In this document: positions 27,749-40,988 of the stretch, piece after piece | How the letters are laid out: the number at the start of each line of letters is the position of its first letter | Numbering within the stretch: position 1 is the stretch's first letter | Assembly: GCA_951406725.2 (NCBI GenBank) | Contig: OX597834.1 | Coordinates: forward strand, 27,404,001 to 27,468,000 | Reading direction: 5' to 3' | DNA from: Octopus vulgaris | Taxonomy: Eukaryota | DNA: 64,000 nt | Notes under the pieces: generated by a model | What the model saw: the letters and a program-made list of their open reading frames with translations, nothing else | Told to the model about the DNA's origin: nothing | Database searches by the model: none | Program-made: the position numbers and the translations under genes

Positions 27749-27846
27749 ACTTGTTTTATTTATATTTCCTGAGCGCCATACTAATACAATTGTTCGTTTG
27801 TTTTCCACCTGCCTTCGTCTTTTGTCTATTTTCATAAAGCTTCCCG

Positions 27847-27894
<48 letters not shown>

Positions 27895-27999
27895 TTAAAA
27901 TGAGGGTGAGAAATTTGTTATTAATTTGATTAATATCAATTTCACACCAGTGGTCTAGCATATAAAAAAACTGAAGGTTCAGTAAAATTGTATTATATA

Positions 28000-28457
28000 C
28001 ATATGTGAGGGAAACCACTATGTGGATGCCCTTATGCTAGATGTAGATCCGATATGGTCTTACCACTAAGAAATGTTCTCAAGAAATAAATTCAGCAAAT
28101 AACCAAAACGTAATCGAACAAGACAAAAGAAAAGCAACAAAAATATGGATTATTCATATACATGCTTCACTATCACCATATTACGTAATTCAACTTACGC
28201 AAGATCTCCGTAGATCTTCGGTGTGACCGTCCAAGTGAATATAATTTGCAGAACTGTATACTTGGACGTCCGCACAAAGTCGGATCTGTAAACAGTTCTA
28301 CCCATTACACTCGTGGTTACTATTCAAATGTCATCGTTTTGGTGCGCTAAATTACCGGAAAAATGATACTGCAGAAAATAATTTACTGCAGTGGTAAGAC
28401 CATAGCTGATCTACTTCTAGCATAAGGGTATTCACATAGTGGTTTCCCTCTCATATG
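28000..28457. mobile_element. segment with ~68-bp inverted ends (PLE fold-back or MITE)
   Basis: 28000-28067 is the reverse complement of 28390-28457 with a few mismatches; TA-rich flanks. Confidence 0.7.
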
Positions 28458-28479
28458 AATATATATATATATATAGGGA

Positions 28480-29305
28480 TAGAGATGCAGGAAAAAGCCG
28501 TAAAATGTGACAACCAATGCAGACTTTGTGGAGTTCACATTGAAGGTATCGCCCAAACCATAAGCAGTTGTCCGAAAATGTTATCATGGTTTATCTACCG
28601 ATGAGACATGACGTTGTAGCTAGGACACTCTATAAAGAAATCCGTCGGAAGGATAATCCTGAGGAAAAAGAAATAAGAGCCCACAATATGGTAGAAGACA
28701 TAATAAAAAGGAATACTGGTGGAATGTACTAGTGAAGACCACAATAAATTTTAAACACAACAGACTTGATATAATGATTTGGAATAGAGAAGACAAACTG
28801 TGCACAATTGTGTAAATTAGCTGCCCAACGAATGTTAACATAAAGCTGAAGAGATGTGAAAAAGAGAACACCTATGCTGAACTATTGAAAAATATGCTGT
28901 TACTCTATCCAGATTACAAGTTCAGGTTTATATCTGTAATTATTGGGGTCCTGGGATATGTAGCACACTGTCTAAATGCCAATCTTGAGAAATTAGGCTT
29001 CTCAAAACTAGGAAAGAGAAAACTAATTCGAAGACTACAGATCCAATCCATCACTGGAACTGTAAAAATCTGTAAAACTTTCCAGAAGTTTATCTTTTAA
29101 ATATATACGAACATGTCTAGATATGCAACTATGTGCATGAGAATACATACATAAAACAAAACATACAAATCTGCACATACATACATATAGACATACAAAA
29201 ATACCCTTTTGTTGATGCTGAAATTCCAATGAAGGAGCCTAGAATCTAGGTTAGAAACCGGTTCTTACTCTATTGGCAAGAAATCTTAAAATAAACTGAA
29301 TAATG
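28480..29305 (+). pseudogene. R4/Dong-like non-LTR retrotransposon 3' remnant (zinc knuckle plus restriction-like endonuclease)
   Basis: CRLCGVHIEGIAQTISSCPK (decayed CCHC), RHDVVA, YWWN, HNRLDIMIW (HNRPD motif), ISCP, EKENTY, IIGVLG. Frameshifts and stops present; followed by (TACA)n. Confidence 0.85.
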
Positions 29306-29404
29306 ATATACATACATACACCCATTCATTCATTCATTCATACATACATACATACATACATACATACATACATACATACATACATACATACATACATACA
29401 TACA

Positions 29405-29438
<34 letters not shown>

Positions 29439-29461
29439 CAATCATACATACATACACACAC

Positions 29462-29496
<35 letters not shown>

Positions 29497-29673
29497 CACT
29501 CAATATACCCACGCATTTGTTCGTGACGAATCATTTATGTACCGAAAATATACAGTTTGTATTGTATGTACCATATGCTTAAAACATTTGCATATATGTT
29601 TGTTTCTTTTCATGCACATACGTGAATACATCTGTACGTCTATATATACCTATACATATGTATATATGAATAT

Positions 29674-29735
<62 letters not shown>

Positions 29736-30121
29736 ATGTATGTATGTATATGAAAAGTGAGGTGTATACATGCATATAGTTATCCGTGTCAATGTGTAAG
29801 TAGGGATGTATGGTTAATACTGGGGATATAACATGTATTTTGATCTGTTTGCTTTCTATATCCTTTGTTTTGTGTGTGTTACAAAAGGCTTATGATATTT
29901 ATTATTGATCCAGTACCTTCCCAACTTCCGGTTAAGCATTGTTTCGGTCTTTCATTTTTTTTTCTTTTCTTCTAGCGTTCCTTTCTTTTCTTTTCTTCCG
30001 TTGCATATCTGTTGTTTGTTATTTTGGAGTAACAAGTAAAAAAAAACAAAAAACAAAACAACAACAAAAATCACCGGTGTTTAAAACCGTAGACACGTAT
30101 ATATGCAAGCAAAACAATATA

Positions 30122-30191
30122 AATGATAATAATAATAATAATAATATTGATGATGATGATGATGATGATGATGATAATAATAATAATAAGA

Positions 30192-30255
<64 letters not shown>

Positions 30256-30263
30256 GAGTAGTA

Positions 30264-30315
<52 letters not shown>

Positions 30316-30380
30316 TAATAATAATAATAATAATAATAATGATGATGATGATGATGATGATGATAATAATAATAATATTA

Positions 30381-30417
<37 letters not shown>

Positions 30418-30509
30418 TAATAATAATAATAATAAAAATAATAATAATAAAAATAAAAATAATAATAATAATATTAATAATAATAATAATAATAATGATG
30501 ATAATAATG

Positions 30510-30591
<82 letters not shown>

Positions 30592-30646
30592 TAATAATAA
30601 TAATAATAATAATAATAGTAATAATAATAATAATAATAGTAATAAT
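30122..30646. repeat. (AAT)n/(GAT)n microsatellite
   Basis: Read directly from the sequence. Confidence 0.95.
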
Positions 30647-30647
30647 G

Positions 30648-31083
30648 AATGGGTTACAGTAAATGTTCTGCTCAATACCACAGATTTACTTGTCAGTTGT
30701 TTGACCTTAACCAGTTCAGCATGCCCCATGGTGGCTGACGATATGCACATCCCTGATCACGAGCAGAAATAGTGAGGGAGCATCATAGCCATGTGTTGAG
30801 AGGGATTCTTTGGGAGTTGAATGATTCACCTCTGGAAACATGGGTGTTTCGTTCATCATCCTCAAACAAACCTTGTTCAGGGACATTTTGAGCGGGATGG
30901 GCTACTCAACCTCATGCGCTGTTTATCTTGATATGAGATCACCTTGTCGCGCACATATGGTTGTGATGCATGTATAACATTATCAGACGGGTAGTCATGA
31001 TCAGTATACTGGGCTTCGTATATGTTACCCCAGTGTCATTTTACCGGCATGCACAACTATCACGCTCTGTAGTAGTGGTGGTG

Positions 31084-31116
<33 letters not shown>

Positions 31117-31321
31117 ATAATATGCCCTGATGCAGTACCAGACAGTAGTTCTCATTGCTCCTGATCTTAACTGATTGGAAGTGTTATCATGGATATTGTT
31201 TTGTCTTGGTATAACAGATGGGCTACAGTAAATATTCTGCTCAATAACACAGATTTGCTTGTCAGTTGTTTGACCTTAACCAGTTGAGCATGACCCTTAG
31301 TGGCATCATCATTATTATTAC

Positions 31322-31406
<85 letters not shown>

Positions 31407-31878
31407 GAGTGAGAGAGCAGTTCATGCCATCAAAGTGACACTGGGGTAAAATATACGAAGCCCAATATACCCATCATGACTACCCGTCTGATAAGGGCAC
31501 ACCAGGCACATGCATCACAACCATATGTGCGCGACATGGTGATATCATATCAAGATAAACAGCACATGACCTTGCAGGTGGGGCCCAGTTAGAATTTTCT
31601 TCAGGTTGAGTAGCCCATCCCGCTCAAGCGGTCCCTGAATAAGGGTTGTTTAAGGATGTTGTAAGAACCACCCATGTTTCCAGAGGTGAATTATTCAAAC
31701 CCCAAAGAATCCCTCTCAACACATGGCTATGATGCTCCCCCACTACTTCTGCTCATTATCAGAGATGCATATATCATCAGCCACTAAGGGACATGCTCAA
31801 CTGGTTAAGGTCAAACAACTGACAAGCAAATCTGTGGTATTGAGCAGAATATTTGCTGTAGCCCATCTTTTATACCAA
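30648..31878. mobile_element. (AAT)n-associated non-coding repeat: copies 30648-31047 and 31120-31305 in one orientation, 31408-31878 inverted
   Basis: CTGCTCAATACCACAGATTT(A/G)CTTGTCAGTTGTTTGACCTTAACCAGTT and its reverse complement; each copy abuts (AAT)n or (ATT)n. Confidence 0.8.
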
Positions 31879-31891
31879 GTATTATTATTTC

Positions 31892-31958
<67 letters not shown>

Positions 31959-31997
31959 GTGGCAAAATTTGAAACCGTTATTATTACTATAAGGTAA

Positions 31998-32230
31998 AGG
32001 CGGCGAGCTGGCAGAAACGTTAGCACGCCGGGCGAAATGCGTCGCCGAATTTCGTCTGTCGTTATGTTCCGGGTTCAAATTCCGCCGAGGTCGACTTTGC
32101 CTTTCATCCTTTCGGGGTCGATAAATTAAGTACCAGTTACGAACTGGAGTTGATGTAATCGACCTAATCCGTTTGTCTGTCCTTGTTTGTCCCCCTCTGT
32201 GTTTAGCCCCTTGTGGGTAGTAAAGAAATA
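31998..32230 (+). mobile_element. SINE family A with TSD TATTACTATAAGGTAA
   Basis: Duplicated sequence on both sides of the element. Confidence 0.9.
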
Positions 32231-32858
32231 TATTATTACTATAAGGTAACAAGGAGTTAAAAGAGATGTAGCAAAGAACGCTAGGGAGAAAGAAAGACGA
32301 AGATGGATATAGAAATAGAGGGGAATGACAGAGAAAGGGAGACGGGGAGAGAGGGAAAGAGGGGGAGAGGAGAGAGAGAGAGAAGCATGTTGTTATCAAT
32401 GAATACAAGCAGCTACGCGTAGTAACATATGTAATAGAACAAGGAGGCTGGCGTACAAATCTGTGACCCTTGACCTCTCCTTCGGGTTGTGTAGCTTTTT
32501 ACCACGAATATTATGTATGACTGAGAGGAGACAGGGGTGATGGGGAGAGTAGTCACGAGATAGGAGGGAGCAGGTATTAAGGCGAAGGGGGTATTGAGTG
32601 GGCTAAGGGAGCAATGAAGTAGGGGAAGAGAGGGGGGTGCTTAAGGTAGCAAAAATAAATAAATAAATAATTTAACTCAATAAAACAAGAGGGGGAAGCG
32701 GGTGTCAGTTTAGGGAGCAAGTAAACTTTGGAGGGTGCGGATTTAGGGAATAGAGAAGGGAAAGGATAGGGAAATGAAGTGATTGGAGGGATTGGGGTGG
32801 GTTGTTGAAAATGCTCTCTTTTTCTCTCGCTCTTTCACCTCCCTCTTTTATATCTCTT

Positions 32859-32936
<78 letters not shown>

Positions 32937-33139
32937 TGTGTGTGTGCGTGTGCGTGTGTACATATACATACATAGACACACACGCACACATATAATCACA
33001 TATGTACATATACACACTCAAACACACGCACACATATATATATATATTTATATATATATGTGCGTGTGTATATATATATATACATACATACATACATACA
33101 TATATATATATATATTTATATATATACATATATTCTTTT

Positions 33140-33835
33140 TATTCTTTTATTCTTTTACTTGTTTCAATCATTTTGACTGCGGTCATGCTGGAGCACCGCC
33201 TTAAAGTGTTTTAGTCGAAGAAATCAACCCTTGGACCTATGCTATGCAAACCTATTACTTACTTACTCGATCAGTCTTTTTTGCAGAACCGCCAAGTTAC
33301 GAAGACGCAAACATACCAACATCGGTTCTCAAGCGATGGTGGGGGACAAACACAGGCACAAAGACATACACACACACACACATACACACACGCACACACA
33401 TATATATACATATATACGACGGGCTTCTTTCAGTTTCCGCCTACCAAATCCGCTCATGAGGCTCTGGTCGGCCCGAGGCTCTAACGGAAGACATTTGCCT
33501 AAGGTATCAAGCAGTGAGACTGAACCCACAACCATGTTGTTGGGAAGCAAGCTTCTTACCACACAGCCACGCTTGCGCCTATATATGTATCTTATCTTGT
33601 ACTTGTTTCAGTCTTTTGATTGCGACCATGCTGGGGCACCGCCTTGACGAGTTCTAGTCGAACAAGTATATCTAAATACTATTTGCCGAACCGCTAAGTT
33701 ACTAGGACCTAAACACACAAAAGAAGGCGTACCAAGCTTTAAAAGAAAGTACTGAGGCCGATTTCTTGGAGTAAGGTGGTGCTCCAGCGTGGCCGCAGTC
33801 TAATGACTGAAACAAGCAAAAGATAAAAGATAAAG
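33140..33835. mobile_element. SINE family B (minus, 33140-33580) plus two partial tails
   Basis: Similarity to the other family B copies. Confidence 0.8.
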
Positions 33836-34025
33836 ATATATGTAGTGTCAAACTGCAAAATCCATAGCAACCAGTTATGTTGTAAAATATGTTGGCAAAA
33901 ACCTAAGACAAATAGTTTATTCACGGCATCAAATGTATTCCATTGCCTAGAATATATGCTATGATCGCAATGTATGTTTATAATGTAGTCTGTACGCATA
34001 AATCTCTCTGACTTCATTCTCTTTA

Positions 34026-34088
<63 letters not shown>

Positions 34089-34353
34089 GTGTAAATATTC
34101 AGCAGACAACAATTCACTCGAAGTTTCCACGTGCTGTATATTTTCGTCAGTCAACATCTGGCCGTCTGATGAAGCGTAGAGGACATATAAACTCCAAGTA
34201 GCGGCCTTAAAGAATATAAGCAGAATACATTTGATAATATTACATCTACAAGAGATATGTTATCTTTTTTTTCTTTCGTTCTCGTTCATGCACGGACTCT
34301 GCTATATAGGAGCAGGCATGGCTGTGTGGTTAAGAAGGTAGCTCTGCTACCTA

Positions 34354-34584
34354 AGGCGGCGAGCTGGAAGAGACGTTAGCACGCCAGACGAAATGCTTAG
34401 TTGTATTTCGTCTGCCGTTACGTTCTGAGTTCAAATTCCGCCGAGGTCGACTTTGCCTTTCATCCTTTCGGGGTCGATAAATTAAGTACCAGTTACGCAC
34501 TTGGGTCGATGTAATCGACTTAATCCGTTTGTTTGTCCTTGTTTGTCCCCTCTATGTTTAACCCCTTGTGGGTAATAAAGAAAT
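34354..34584 (+). mobile_element. SINE family A nested in an older family B head (34310-34715); 17-bp TSD
   Basis: TAAGAAGGTAGCTCTGC at 34331-34347 and 34586-34602. Confidence 0.9.
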
Positions 34585-34742
34585 ATAAGAAGGTAGCTCT
34601 GCAACTACATGGTTTCGATTTCAACCCCACTGCACGTCACCTTGAGCAAGTATCTTCTTTAATAGCCATGTGAGTGAATGTTGTGGAAGGAAACTATATT
34701 AGGAGCCCATCGTGGGCATATAATCCCGTTTAACACACACGT

Positions 34743-34775
<33 letters not shown>

Positions 34776-34779
34776 AGTT

Positions 34780-34985
34780 CAGTAAAATTTAGATTCAGTT
34801 GAATATGGTACTTAAGTTAAAGGCACCAGAATTTAGTATGGTATTATCCATGTAATTCAAAATGGGGTAATTATAATCAAAATAAGCAACAAGGATATCC
34901 AGAAGTAATGCAGTACGATCGTTCATGGAGTCGCATGAAACGATCGTACTGCATTACCTCTGGATATCCTTGTTGCTTATTTGGA

Positions 34986-34990
<5 letters not shown>
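34780..34990. mobile_element. PLE-like fragment with fold-back (arms 34872-34927 and 34934-34990); same family as 58940-59302
   Basis: Inverted repeat whose arms contain the HHR 3' half GAAACGATCGTAC. Confidence 0.75.
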
Positions 34991-35029
<39 letters not shown>

Positions 35030-35153
35030 CTTAAGTTGTTTATAATTTTAACCTTTAAAGGTATAATAATATGCTGCCACCTTCTGATGAAATTTTTTCC
35101 GAACACAATTTCATCCTATATTAGTAGTAGTAGTAGTATATATATATATATAA

Positions 35154-35230
<77 letters not shown>

Positions 35231-35650
35231 GATAATATATATAGACAGAGATAATATATCCAGGAAGGTACCGTTCAAGCACTCAATTATAATTCAAGTT
35301 ATGGCTAATCCGCACCGAGTGGTAAGGAGTACCTAGGATTCTTTAAGGTAAGCAATCCCAATGCATTTCAAATGATGAGTAAGTCCGGGATTCCCTTCAC
35401 TGGATCACAAATATTTTATCGAGTGTTTATCAAAGACAATTGTAATTAATACGGTGAATAATGCATCTACACATTGATTATTTCTTACCTTCCATTATAC
35501 GGTTTGTTTAATTTAAATCTAACCGACGTACGTTTCTGCCGCATTGACGTCTCACATTTGCATTTGCACCCAGCTTCATGTCAGACAGATTTAAATCAAA
35601 TATGCTGTATAATTGACTGTAAAGATGTGCAGATCTATTATTTTCCGTAT

Positions 35651-36047
35651 GATCCGAATCAACGGAACAGCATGCTCGTGAAATTAACGTGTAAGTGGCT
35701 GAGCACTCCACAGACACGTGTACCCTTAACGTAGTTCTCGGGGATATTCAGCGTGACACAGAGAGTGACAAGGCCGGCCCCTTTGAAATACAGGTACAAC
35801 AGAAACAGGAAGTAAGAGTGAGAGAAAGTTGTGGTGAAAGAGTACAGCAGGGATCACCACCATCCCCTGCCGGAGCCTCGTGGACCTTTGTCTTGTTCTA
35901 GTCCAGTCTTGTTTTAGTCCAGTAAGAGAAAAACATCAGGAACGCTCTTCCACTTTTCAACGTTCATTCAAAGAGATTTCATATCTCTTTCGCAGACATC
36001 CTATGACCGCGAGTCCGCTGCCCTAACCACTGGGCCATTGCGCCTCC
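35651..36047 (-). mobile_element. SINE family C with 50-bp flanking duplication and captured local DNA
   Basis: 35601-35650 equals 36048-36097 (1 mismatch); 35885-35999 copies 36125-36240. Confidence 0.85.
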
Positions 36048-36099
36048 TATGCTGCATAATTGACTGTAAAGATGTGCAGATCTATTATTTTCCGTATCA

Positions 36100-36825
36100 C
36101 TCTTTCTTCTCGTCTTTTTTAATACCTTTGTCTTGTTCTAGTCCAGTCTTGTTTTAGCCCAGTAAGAGAAAAAACATCAGGAACGCTCTTCCACTTTTCA
36201 GCGTTCATTCAAAGAGACTTCATGTCTCTTTCGCAGACATTTTTGAATTGAAGATGGGATTGTTCCTGTGTTCCCTTATCGGTGGCCACTTCGCCATAAA
36301 GCAAGTCTTTCGGGATCTTCCGTCTGAGATGTGTCATTGCTAAAATAAGACGTGGCCGGGGCTGTGTCTCTGCGTGCCATCCAGAACCTCATTGATTGTT
36401 AATCTGCAATTCCACTTGATGTCCAGAATTTGTGTTATAATGTATAGACCAGTGCTTTTCAAACTTTTTGCTGGAGCGGAACCCCAAGGAAACATTCCAC
36501 TGGCTCGAGGAACCCCTGTGCAATAATTTAATAGTCATAAGCACACATATCTGCACAGGAGACTTAAAAATTACTGCCGATTTTAGCAGTTTTGTAACTT
36601 CTTGCGGAACCCCTGGACTGTACTGGCGGAACCCTGGTTGAAAACCACTGGTATAGACTGACAAGATAGAGATGCCTTACTCGCCTGGAGAAGATACTCC
36701 AGGTATCTCTGCGATGAAACAGTGTTCTGAGAACGCACGTTCTTATAGATTACAATTTGCTGTAGACTCCTTGTTCTGCTGTGTCTGGTTCTTCCAATAT
36801 ATTTGTTGAGTTCGAACTCTGGAGA
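36100..36825 (-). pseudogene. RTE-clade LINE C-terminal remnant interrupted by a hAT MITE
   Basis: Minus-strand pieces (across frameshifts) ELNKYIGR, RTCVLRTLFHRRDTW, ILDIKW, IPKDLLYGEVAT, LQFKNVCERDMK resemble RTE post-RT motifs. Confidence 0.7.
36450..36650 (+). mobile_element. hAT (Charlie-like) MITE
   Basis: TIRs CAGTGCTTTTCAA / TTGAAAACCACTG; 8-bp TSD GTATAGAC at 36442-36449 and 36651-36658. Confidence 0.92.
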
Positions 36826-36844
36826 GAGTATGTATATATATTTT

Positions 36845-37070
36845 TTTATTCCTTTACTTACTTCAGTCATTTTTGATTGCGGCCATGCTGGAGTATCGCC
36901 TTTTTAGTCGAAGAAATCGACCTCTGGACTTATTATTTGTAAGCTTGGTACTTATTCTATCGGTCTCTTTTGTCGAACCGCTAAGTTACGGGAACGTAAA
37001 CACACCAACATCGGTTGTCAACAATGGTGTGGGGAAATCACAGACGCACCCACATACAAATACACAGACA

Positions 37071-37154
<84 letters not shown>

Positions 37155-37315
37155 CGACGGGATTCTCTCAGTTTTCATCCACCAAATTCACTCACAAAGC
37201 TTTGGTTGGCCCGAGGCTATAATAGAAGACTCTTCCACATGGTGTCACGCAGTGGGTTTGAACCCAGAACCATGTGGTTGGGAAGCAAGTTTCTTACCAA
37301 CCAGCCACGCCTGCG

Positions 37316-37318
<3 letters not shown>
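36845..37318 (-). mobile_element. SINE family B
   Basis: Similarity to the other family B copies. Confidence 0.85.
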
Positions 37319-37358
<40 letters not shown>

Positions 37359-37695
37359 TCAGTGTCGTGACCGAAGGGGGTCCCAGATATATATATATAT
37401 ATACACACAAACACATATATCTTTTTGATATAGATGGGTGCACATACGTATGTGATATATATACATACAGGCACGCGTACGCACACACACGCACCTGTAT
37501 CTCTGTCTGTCTGTCTGTCTGTATGTATGTATTCTTCGTTATTCTTTAATTCCTTTAATGGTCTCAGTCATAGAACTGTGCTGGAGCACTAGCTCTATTT
37601 ATGTAGGAGCGACACAGAATGAAAGAATCAATCACAAGCTTACACGCACATGCTTACACATAAAGGTTACATGTACATAGAAATACACGCACACA

Positions 37696-37749
<54 letters not shown>

Positions 37750-38183
37750 CAGAGGCAGGCATACAGACAAACATAACAAGCGGTGCTGGAGAAGACGGAT
37801 TAAGAAACTGACAGAACGAGAAACTCTGATAAATGAAGAGAGGGGGAAAGAGGGAAAGGTAAAACGCACGGGGAAAAAGGAATAAGTAAATGGTGGTGGA
37901 AACGAGTATAGCGTGTGTGTGTGTGTGTGTGTGTGTGCGTGGAGCAATATGTACGTGACTGAATGAGTGTAGAGGCGGGTAGTGATGCAGATTGCTTGAT
38001 AAAGTTGTAATAGAGAAGAAAGGATCTACTTTACATATCAATGGCGGACGATAATCCTTTATGTGTGTCTGTATGTATATGCGTGTGTGTGTGTGGAGTT
38101 GTATGCGTATGTGTGTATGTATAATCGTAATTATAGATGAATGACTGTAGGAGGTAGAAATACGTATGTATGTAGGTACGTAT

Positions 38184-38233
<50 letters not shown>

Positions 38234-38427
38234 TGATATATGCTGATATATGTATATATATATACATAAATACATGCATTCGTATGTACACATAAACAGA
38301 CATACATTATATATATGTATGTACATACATGCATATATACACACATACACACATACACACATATATATATATATATATATATATTTGTATGTATATATAC
38401 GTGTATTTATGTGTGTCTGTATGTACG

Positions 38428-38490
<63 letters not shown>

Positions 38491-39174
38491 ATATATACAC
38501 ACACACATATATATATATACACCAACACATATTAAGTTCCTCCTGTGTGGTTATTTGACTGGTTTTTCAGCCTCCTGGCTAAGCTCAAGTTAGTGTCAAG
38601 CATATAGACATGTGTATACAATGCTATAACTATACGCATATGTATACAAGCACACATACAGATATACATACATACATACACTCTCTTTTTTTTTTCTCTT
38701 TCAATGTCTACGTAGCTGTTTAATTTCTTTTTACAAGATAGCAATTAACGTACGATTTTTTTCAATGAAACATGCCTGCTATTTCCAGCAATTTGACCGT
38801 CCTGATAAAAGGGCCTCCCCTCACCGACACGTTAACTGCTATGAAGAACGCTGTATTTCATCATCTGTTTCTTCATAGTGCCTATCATAGATGCTAACTA
38901 GAATGATGTTTTTGTTGTTGTTGTTGATGTTGGTGGTGTTGTTATCAGTATCATTGGAGATGGTTGTTAACTCGTATGACACAGTTTATCGCGTTGATCT
39001 GTATGTTGAACATGGCTCTTAACTAGACCGCTCAAGATTGCCAACAAACGTCTTGTATGTGTATTCGTACATAGAAATACGCGTGAGCACATACTCACAT
39101 GCATACATACAAACATACATACACACGCACGCACACACACACACACATACACGTATATATAGGGATAATATTTC

Positions 39175-39407
39175 ACTCTTTTACTTGCTTCAGTCATTTG
39201 ACTGTGGCCATGCTGGAGCACCGCCTTTAGTCGAACAAATCGACCCCAGTACTTATTCTTTGTAAGCCTAGTACTTCTTCTATCGGTTTTTTTTTGCCGA
39301 ACCGCTAAGGTACGGGGACGTAAACACACCACCATCGGTTGTGAAGCGATGTTGGGGGGGGGGGGGCAAACACAGACTCACAAACATACACACACACACA
39401 CACGCAC

Positions 39408-39452
<45 letters not shown>

Positions 39453-39735
39453 TATATTTGTATATATATATATACACACATATATACGACGGGTTTCTGT
39501 CTACCAAATCCAATAAAGAAATAAGAAACGTTAGCACGCCCGGCGAAATGCTTAGCGGTATTTCGTCTGTCGCTACGTTCTGAGTTCAAATTCCGCCGAG
39601 GTCGACTTTGCCTTTCATCCTTTCGAGGTCGATAAATTAAGTACCAGTTAAGTACTGGAATCTATGTGATCGACTTACCCGCCTCACCCAACATTTCTAG
39701 CCTTGTGCCTACGCCTACAGTAACAAGGATTATCT
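39175..39735. mobile_element. family B SINE (minus, head-truncated, to ~39510) abutting a family A SINE (plus, ~39523-39735)
   Basis: Similarity to other copies of both families. Confidence 0.8.
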
Positions 39736-39766
39736 AAGTTTGACACTTAAAAATTAAAGGGAACGA

Positions 39767-39804
39767 TTCTTAACGTTTCGGGCGTTGGTCTTTCATCAGA
39801 AGAA
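39767..39804 (-). ncRNA. minimal hammerhead motif with decayed stem II
   Basis: UUCUU-CUGAUGAA-AGACCAACGCCC-GAAACGU-U-AAGAA; perfect 5-bp stem I. Confidence 0.55.
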
Positions 39805-39852
39805 AAGTATAGATTGAGTATGAAGGAGAAAAGTGATGACAAGTTTGTACAC

Positions 39853-40230
39853 AGTTTCCGCCGACCAAATTCACTCACAAGGCATTTGTCAGACCATGGC
39901 TATAGAAGAGACTTGTCCAAGGTGCCATGCAGATTAAAACCAAACCCTCGTGGTCGCAAAGCAAGCGTCTTAACCTCACAGCTATGCTTACACTATTATT
40001 CTTTTATTCTTTTACTTGGCCCAGTCATTTGACCGCGGCCGTGCGGGAGCACCGCTTTGAAGGGTTTTAGTCGAACAAATTGACCCTAGGACTAATTTTT
40101 TAAGCGTAGTACTTAATCCATCGGACACTTTTACCGAATCACTAAGTTGCGGAGACGTAAACATACCAACACTGGTTGTAAAGCCGTATTGGGGGACGAA
40201 CAGACAGTCAGACAGACAGACAGACAGACA

Positions 40231-40281
<51 letters not shown>

Positions 40282-40465
40282 ACATACATATATGCGACAG
40301 CTTTGCGACAGCCTTCTTCAGTTTCCGTCTACCAAATCCATTCACAAAGTTTTGGTCAGCCTGAGGCTATATTAGAAGACACTTGCCCAAAGTGCCACAA
40401 GGTGGGATTGAACCCAGAACAATGTGGTCATGAAGCAAGCTTCTTACCACACAGCCACGCTCGCG
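39853..40465 (-). mobile_element. two diverged family B SINE copies
   Basis: Similarity to the other family B copies. Confidence 0.75.
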
Positions 40466-40950
40466 TCTATTGTGTTGAATCTAATTTCAAAAGTAATTAT
40501 ATATTTGAAATTTGTCTATAAACTTATAACTGTCTTAGTTTTCTAAATAACCTTGGCAATTCCACAGGTCTTGATAATGTAGATTATTGGAATTACAGTA
40601 TGTTGGTGTGTAGAATATCAGAACGGAATAACAGAATTTTTTTTCTTGTTTTTAGCAATTAAAGACTCATTGAAGAAAGAAAAAATATAAAGCAAAAAAT
40701 AATCATAAAAAACGGTTAGAAAAGAATATGTAGAAATATCATACATACACATAAAAATACATACACACATCATACGCACGTACACAAGATATACAAATAC
40801 ATATATATAGGTACACACATAGACACATATAGATATATGTGCATATGTTTACACACATACGAATACACATTTACACATACACAAGTGCACACAAGAGTTC
40901 CTCCCATACTCGCATATACACACTAACACACACGCACACGTATATGTATG

Positions 40951-40988
<38 letters not shown>

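Noticed and set aside
30730-30790. CUGACGA...GAAA in the AAT-associated repeat as a hammerhead
   Set aside because: Stems I and III do not form, and the sister copy reads GAAG.
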